Part shown: in pieces, positions 17,973-20,567 of the stretch
How the letters are laid out: each line of letters opens with the position of its first letter
How positions within the stretch are numbered: position 1 is the stretch's first letter
Assembly: GCA_965649115.1 (NCBI GenBank)
Contig: CBFGJN010000033.1
Location: 1-20,567, forward strand
Reading direction: 5' to 3'
Origin: a candidate division WOR-3 bacterium
GTDB taxonomy: Bacteria > Hydrothermota > Hydrothermia > LBFQ01 > DSFT01
DNA length: 20,567 nt
Program-made: the position numbers and the translations under genes
The notes under the pieces: model-generated
Seen by the model: only the letters and a program-made list of their open reading frames with translations
What the model was told of the DNA's origin: nothing
Database searches by the model: none

Positions 17973-18071
17973 TGCTTTGTCCAGTAATTCTAAAAGCATT
18001 TATTTTATTATATTTTCCCAACCATGTCAAGGTTTAGAAATGATTATAATTTCTGAATTTTTGAACACACA
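17973..18071. mobile_element. two back-to-back MITE right ends between divergent genes
   Basis: TGCTTTGTCCAGTAATTCT...TTTTCCCAACC (right end, minus) then GAAATGATTATAATTTCTGAATTTTTGAACACACA (right end, plus). Confidence 0.6.
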
Positions 18072-18086
18072 ATCTTTATTTAACTT

Positions 18087-18092
18087 TAAAAT
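18087..18092 (+). promoter_or_regulatory. putative -10 box of leaderless frr transcript
   Basis: ACTT-TAAAAT 9 nt before ATG; no SD. Confidence 0.6.
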
Positions 18093-18101
18093 TTTAGCAC
18101 T

Positions 18102-18659
18102 ATGTTAAATGATATTTATAAAGAAGTTGAAGATAAGATGAAAAAAAGTGTAGAAAACTTCAAATCTGAAATTACAAAGATAAGGACTGGCAGGGCTACA
18201 CCTGCTATCCTTGAATCAATAAGAGTGGATTACTATGGTAGCAGAATACCTATAAATCAAATAGCTTCAATTTTAGCTCCTGATCCAAGACTTTTAATTG
18301 TCCAGCCATGGGATCAAAATGCAATTGGAGATATTGAAAAAGCTATTAAGTCTTCAGGACTTGGCTTAAATCCACAAGTAGAAAAAGGTGTTATAAAAAT
18401 TCCAATACCTCCTCTTTCAGAAGAAAGAAGAAAAGAACTAATAAAACTTGTTCAAAAATTAGCAGAAGATAGTAGAATTGCTATAAGAAATGTAAGAAGA
18501 GATGGAATGGAAAAAATTAAAGCTTTAGAAAAAGAAAAGAAAATATCCGAAGATGATAGAAAAACCGCTGAAAAGAAAATACAAGAATTAACTGATAAGT
18601 ACATATCAGAAGTAGATAAAATTTTATCAAATAAAGAGAAGGAAATTTTAGAAGAGTGA
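18102..18659 (+). CDS. frr: ribosome recycling factor
   Basis: IRTGRATP, VDYYG, PPLSEERRKEL, IRNVRRD, ISEDD motifs; 185 aa. Confidence 0.97.
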   Translation: MLNDIYKEVEDKMKKSVENFKSEITKIRTGRATPAILESIRVDYYGSRIPINQIASILAPDPRLLIVQPWDQNAIGDIEKAIKSSGLGLNPQVEKGVIKIPIPPLSEERRKELIKLVQKLAEDSRIAIRNVRRDGMEKIKALEKEKKISEDDRKTAEKKIQELTDKYISEVDKILSNKEKEILEE

Positions 18660-19408
18660 TAACAATAAAAACTGAGGAGGAAATTAAAAAAATTAGAATA
18701 GCAGGAAAGATAATTGCAGAATTTTTAAAAGAAGTTGAAAAAATTCTAAAACCAGATTTAGATAGTTCTGAAATTGAATTATTTGCTATTGAATTTGTTA
18801 AAAAAAGAGGTGGTGAATTAGCATTCAAAAATTATAAGGGTTTTCCAAGTTATATTTGTGTTTCAATTGATGATGAAATTGTTCATGGAGTTCCAAGAAA
18901 AGGAAAAAAACTACCAAAAAATGGACTTGTAAAAATTGATATAGGTGTTAAATATGAGGGTTTTTTTGCTGATGGAGCTTGGACATATATTATTGGAAAT
19001 GTTCCTTTTAAAGTAATGAAACTTGTTGAAATAACAAAATTAGCACTATATAAAGGAATTGAGAAAGCAATTGAAGGAAATAAATTATCAGATATTTCAA
19101 AAGCAATAGAAAGTACAGTGAGGCCTTATGGTTTTGGCATTCCAAGAAATTTAGTTGGACATGGAGTAGGGTATGATATTCATGAAGAACCAAATGTTCA
19201 TAATTATTATAATCCACCTGATGATGAAATTATTTTAAAGGAAGGGATGGTTTTAGCAATTGAACCTATGATAACATTAAGAAGTCATAAAACAATTGAT
19301 GATAAAGATAAATTTACTATTAAGACAGCAGATGGTTCTCCTTCCGCACACTTTGAACACACAGTTGTAGTAAGAAAAAACAAAGCTGAAATTCTAACGG
19401 AAATTTAA
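18656..19408 (+). CDS. map: type I methionine aminopeptidase (GTG start)
   Basis: VHGVP, IDIG, DGAWT, GHGVG..IHEEP, AIEPMI, SAHFEHT. Confidence 0.96.
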   Translation: MITIKTEEEIKKIRIAGKIIAEFLKEVEKILKPDLDSSEIELFAIEFVKKRGGELAFKNYKGFPSYICVSIDDEIVHGVPRKGKKLPKNGLVKIDIGVKYEGFFADGAWTYIIGNVPFKVMKLVEITKLALYKGIEKAIEGNKLSDISKAIESTVRPYGFGIPRNLVGHGVGYDIHEEPNVHNYYNPPDDEIILKEGMVLAIEPMITLRSHKTIDDKDKFTIKTADGSPSAHFEHTVVVRKNKAEILTEI

Positions 19409-20247
19409 TGCTGATAGCAGGTTTTGAAAACATAGATGAATTAAAATATCTAATAAAAATAGAAATTCCTGGAATTTTTATTGGTTCTTGGATTGCTAAT
19501 GAACCGAAAGTTTATGAAATTATAAAGGAAAGCAACTATAAAGGAATTATTGCAACAGATAATGAAGGCGGTTATGCAAGTTGGATAGTTAAGGATATTC
19601 CAAGTCCAAAAGATTTATCAAATTTGAATCCTTATGATTTTTATTCAATTGTTTATAATATGGCTTTAAAATTAAAGGAGCATTATGTAAATTTGAATTT
19701 TGCTCCTGTTGTTGATTTATATGAACCTATAAATCCGGTAATTGGTAAGAAAAAAAGAGCATTTTCAGATGACCCTTATAAGGTAATTTTTTATTCAAGT
19801 TTATTTATTAAAGCTCATAGTGATGTTGGTATAAAAAGTTGTATTAAACATTTTGTTGGTCAAGGTAGAGCAATTGGTGATCCTCATTATAAAAAAAGTA
19901 TATTTATTGGTGGTCTTAAAGACTTAAAAAAAGATTTACTACCATTTATGTTTTTTATAAAAATTGGAATTGAATATATTATGACTGCTCATGTTTTTGT
20001 TCCTTCAATTGATAAGGAAAAACCAATAACACTTTCAAGATTTTTTATAATTGAACTTTTGAGAAATTTACTTTCTTATAAAGGGAAAATTATAACTGAT
20101 GATTTAAATATGAATGCAATAAGAGAGAATCTTGATATTATTGATGCAGTCAAAATAGCTAAAAGTTTAACTATTGATTATATTTTAATATCAAGGGGTA
20201 TTGAAACAATTGAAAAGGTTTATAAATTTTTGAAGTTTAATTATTAA
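19408..20247 (+). CDS. glycoside hydrolase family 3 N-terminal domain protein (NagZ-like)
   Basis: DNEGG, NFAPVVD, RAFS.DP, KHFVGQG, DPH, MTAHV, IITDDL motifs. Confidence 0.85.
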   Translation: MLIAGFENIDELKYLIKIEIPGIFIGSWIANEPKVYEIIKESNYKGIIATDNEGGYASWIVKDIPSPKDLSNLNPYDFYSIVYNMALKLKEHYVNLNFAPVVDLYEPINPVIGKKKRAFSDDPYKVIFYSSLFIKAHSDVGIKSCIKHFVGQGRAIGDPHYKKSIFIGGLKDLKKDLLPFMFFIKIGIEYIMTAHVFVPSIDKEKPITLSRFFIIELLRNLLSYKGKIITDDLNMNAIRENLDIIDAVKIAKSLTIDYILISRGIETIEKVYKFLKFNY

Positions 20248-20248
20248 G

Positions 20249-20338
20249 CGGAGAGGGAGGGATTTGAACCCTCGTCCCAGCTTTTGGCTGGGAAAAGGCT
20301 TAGCAAGCCCCCGCCTTCGACCGCTCGGCCACCTCTCC
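20249..20338 (-). tRNA. tRNA-Ser (anticodon GCT)
   Basis: GGAGAGG acceptor stem, anticodon loop TT-GCT-AA, long variable arm, GGTTCAAATCC T-arm, G discriminator; CCA not encoded. Confidence 0.95.
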
Positions 20339-20344
20339 TAAAAG

Positions 20345-20430
20345 CGGAGGGGAGGGGACTCGAACCCCTAAGGGACCTAAGTCCCGGTGGATTTCAAATC
20401 CACTGCCTTACCAATTCGGCGCACCCCTCC
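20345..20430 (-). tRNA. tRNA-Ser (anticodon TGA)
   Basis: GGAGGGG acceptor stem, GTGGA-TTTGAAA-TCCAC anticodon arm, long variable arm, GGTTCGAGTCC T-arm; CCA not encoded. Confidence 0.95.
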
Positions 20431-20567
20431 TTTTAGCAAGTTTAAAATTTTAAAGCTTGTTTTTATCAGATTTGTCACTTTGTCTTTTTTGAACTCGTTT
20501 TAACCCTCCATTTTTTGATTTTATTTTTCCAGCAAGAAAAGATACTCAATATTGGGTTCTTCTTTTT

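Noticed and set aside
18517..19217. two minus-strand ORFs
   Set aside because: Antisense to frr and map
20345..20430. tRNA-Sec or suppressor tRNA
   Set aside because: The anticodon is TGA (reads UCA, Ser), not TCA, and the acceptor stem is 7 bp
20458..20567. possible gene start after a palindromic TTTAAAATTTTAAA, or a gene end on the minus strand
   Set aside because: The plus-strand TTG frame hits TGA after 11 codons and the window edge prevents a call

Overview
Very AT-rich bacterial chromosomal segment made mostly of housekeeping genes in scrambled mini-operons: mrp/apbC-rfbA, mreB-mreC, MarR-TPM, acyl-CoA ligase-pcrA, a solitary divergent dnaA, E2-tdh-nucleotidyltransferase, two DUF4230-like genes, frr-map-GH3 and two tRNA-Ser. 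Three features stand out. (1) A small translationally coupled module (4971-6318) whose central protein looks like a fusion of a degenerate AcrIII-1/Crn2 (DUF1874)-like domain to a Csx3/Crn3 cyclic-oligoadenylate ring nuclease, with no other cas gene or CRISPR array in the window. (2) About 14 full or partial copies of a 145-205 bp MITE-like element with IS903-like terminal inverted repeats, filling almost every intergenic region. The right end repeatedly lies 20-22 nt upstream of a -10 box, and one copy with a perfect 9-bp target duplication has split a consensus TTGACA -35 box. (3) First genes of operons appear leaderless (TAAAAT 7-9 nt before the start codon). All family assignments come from motif recognition by eye, not database searches.
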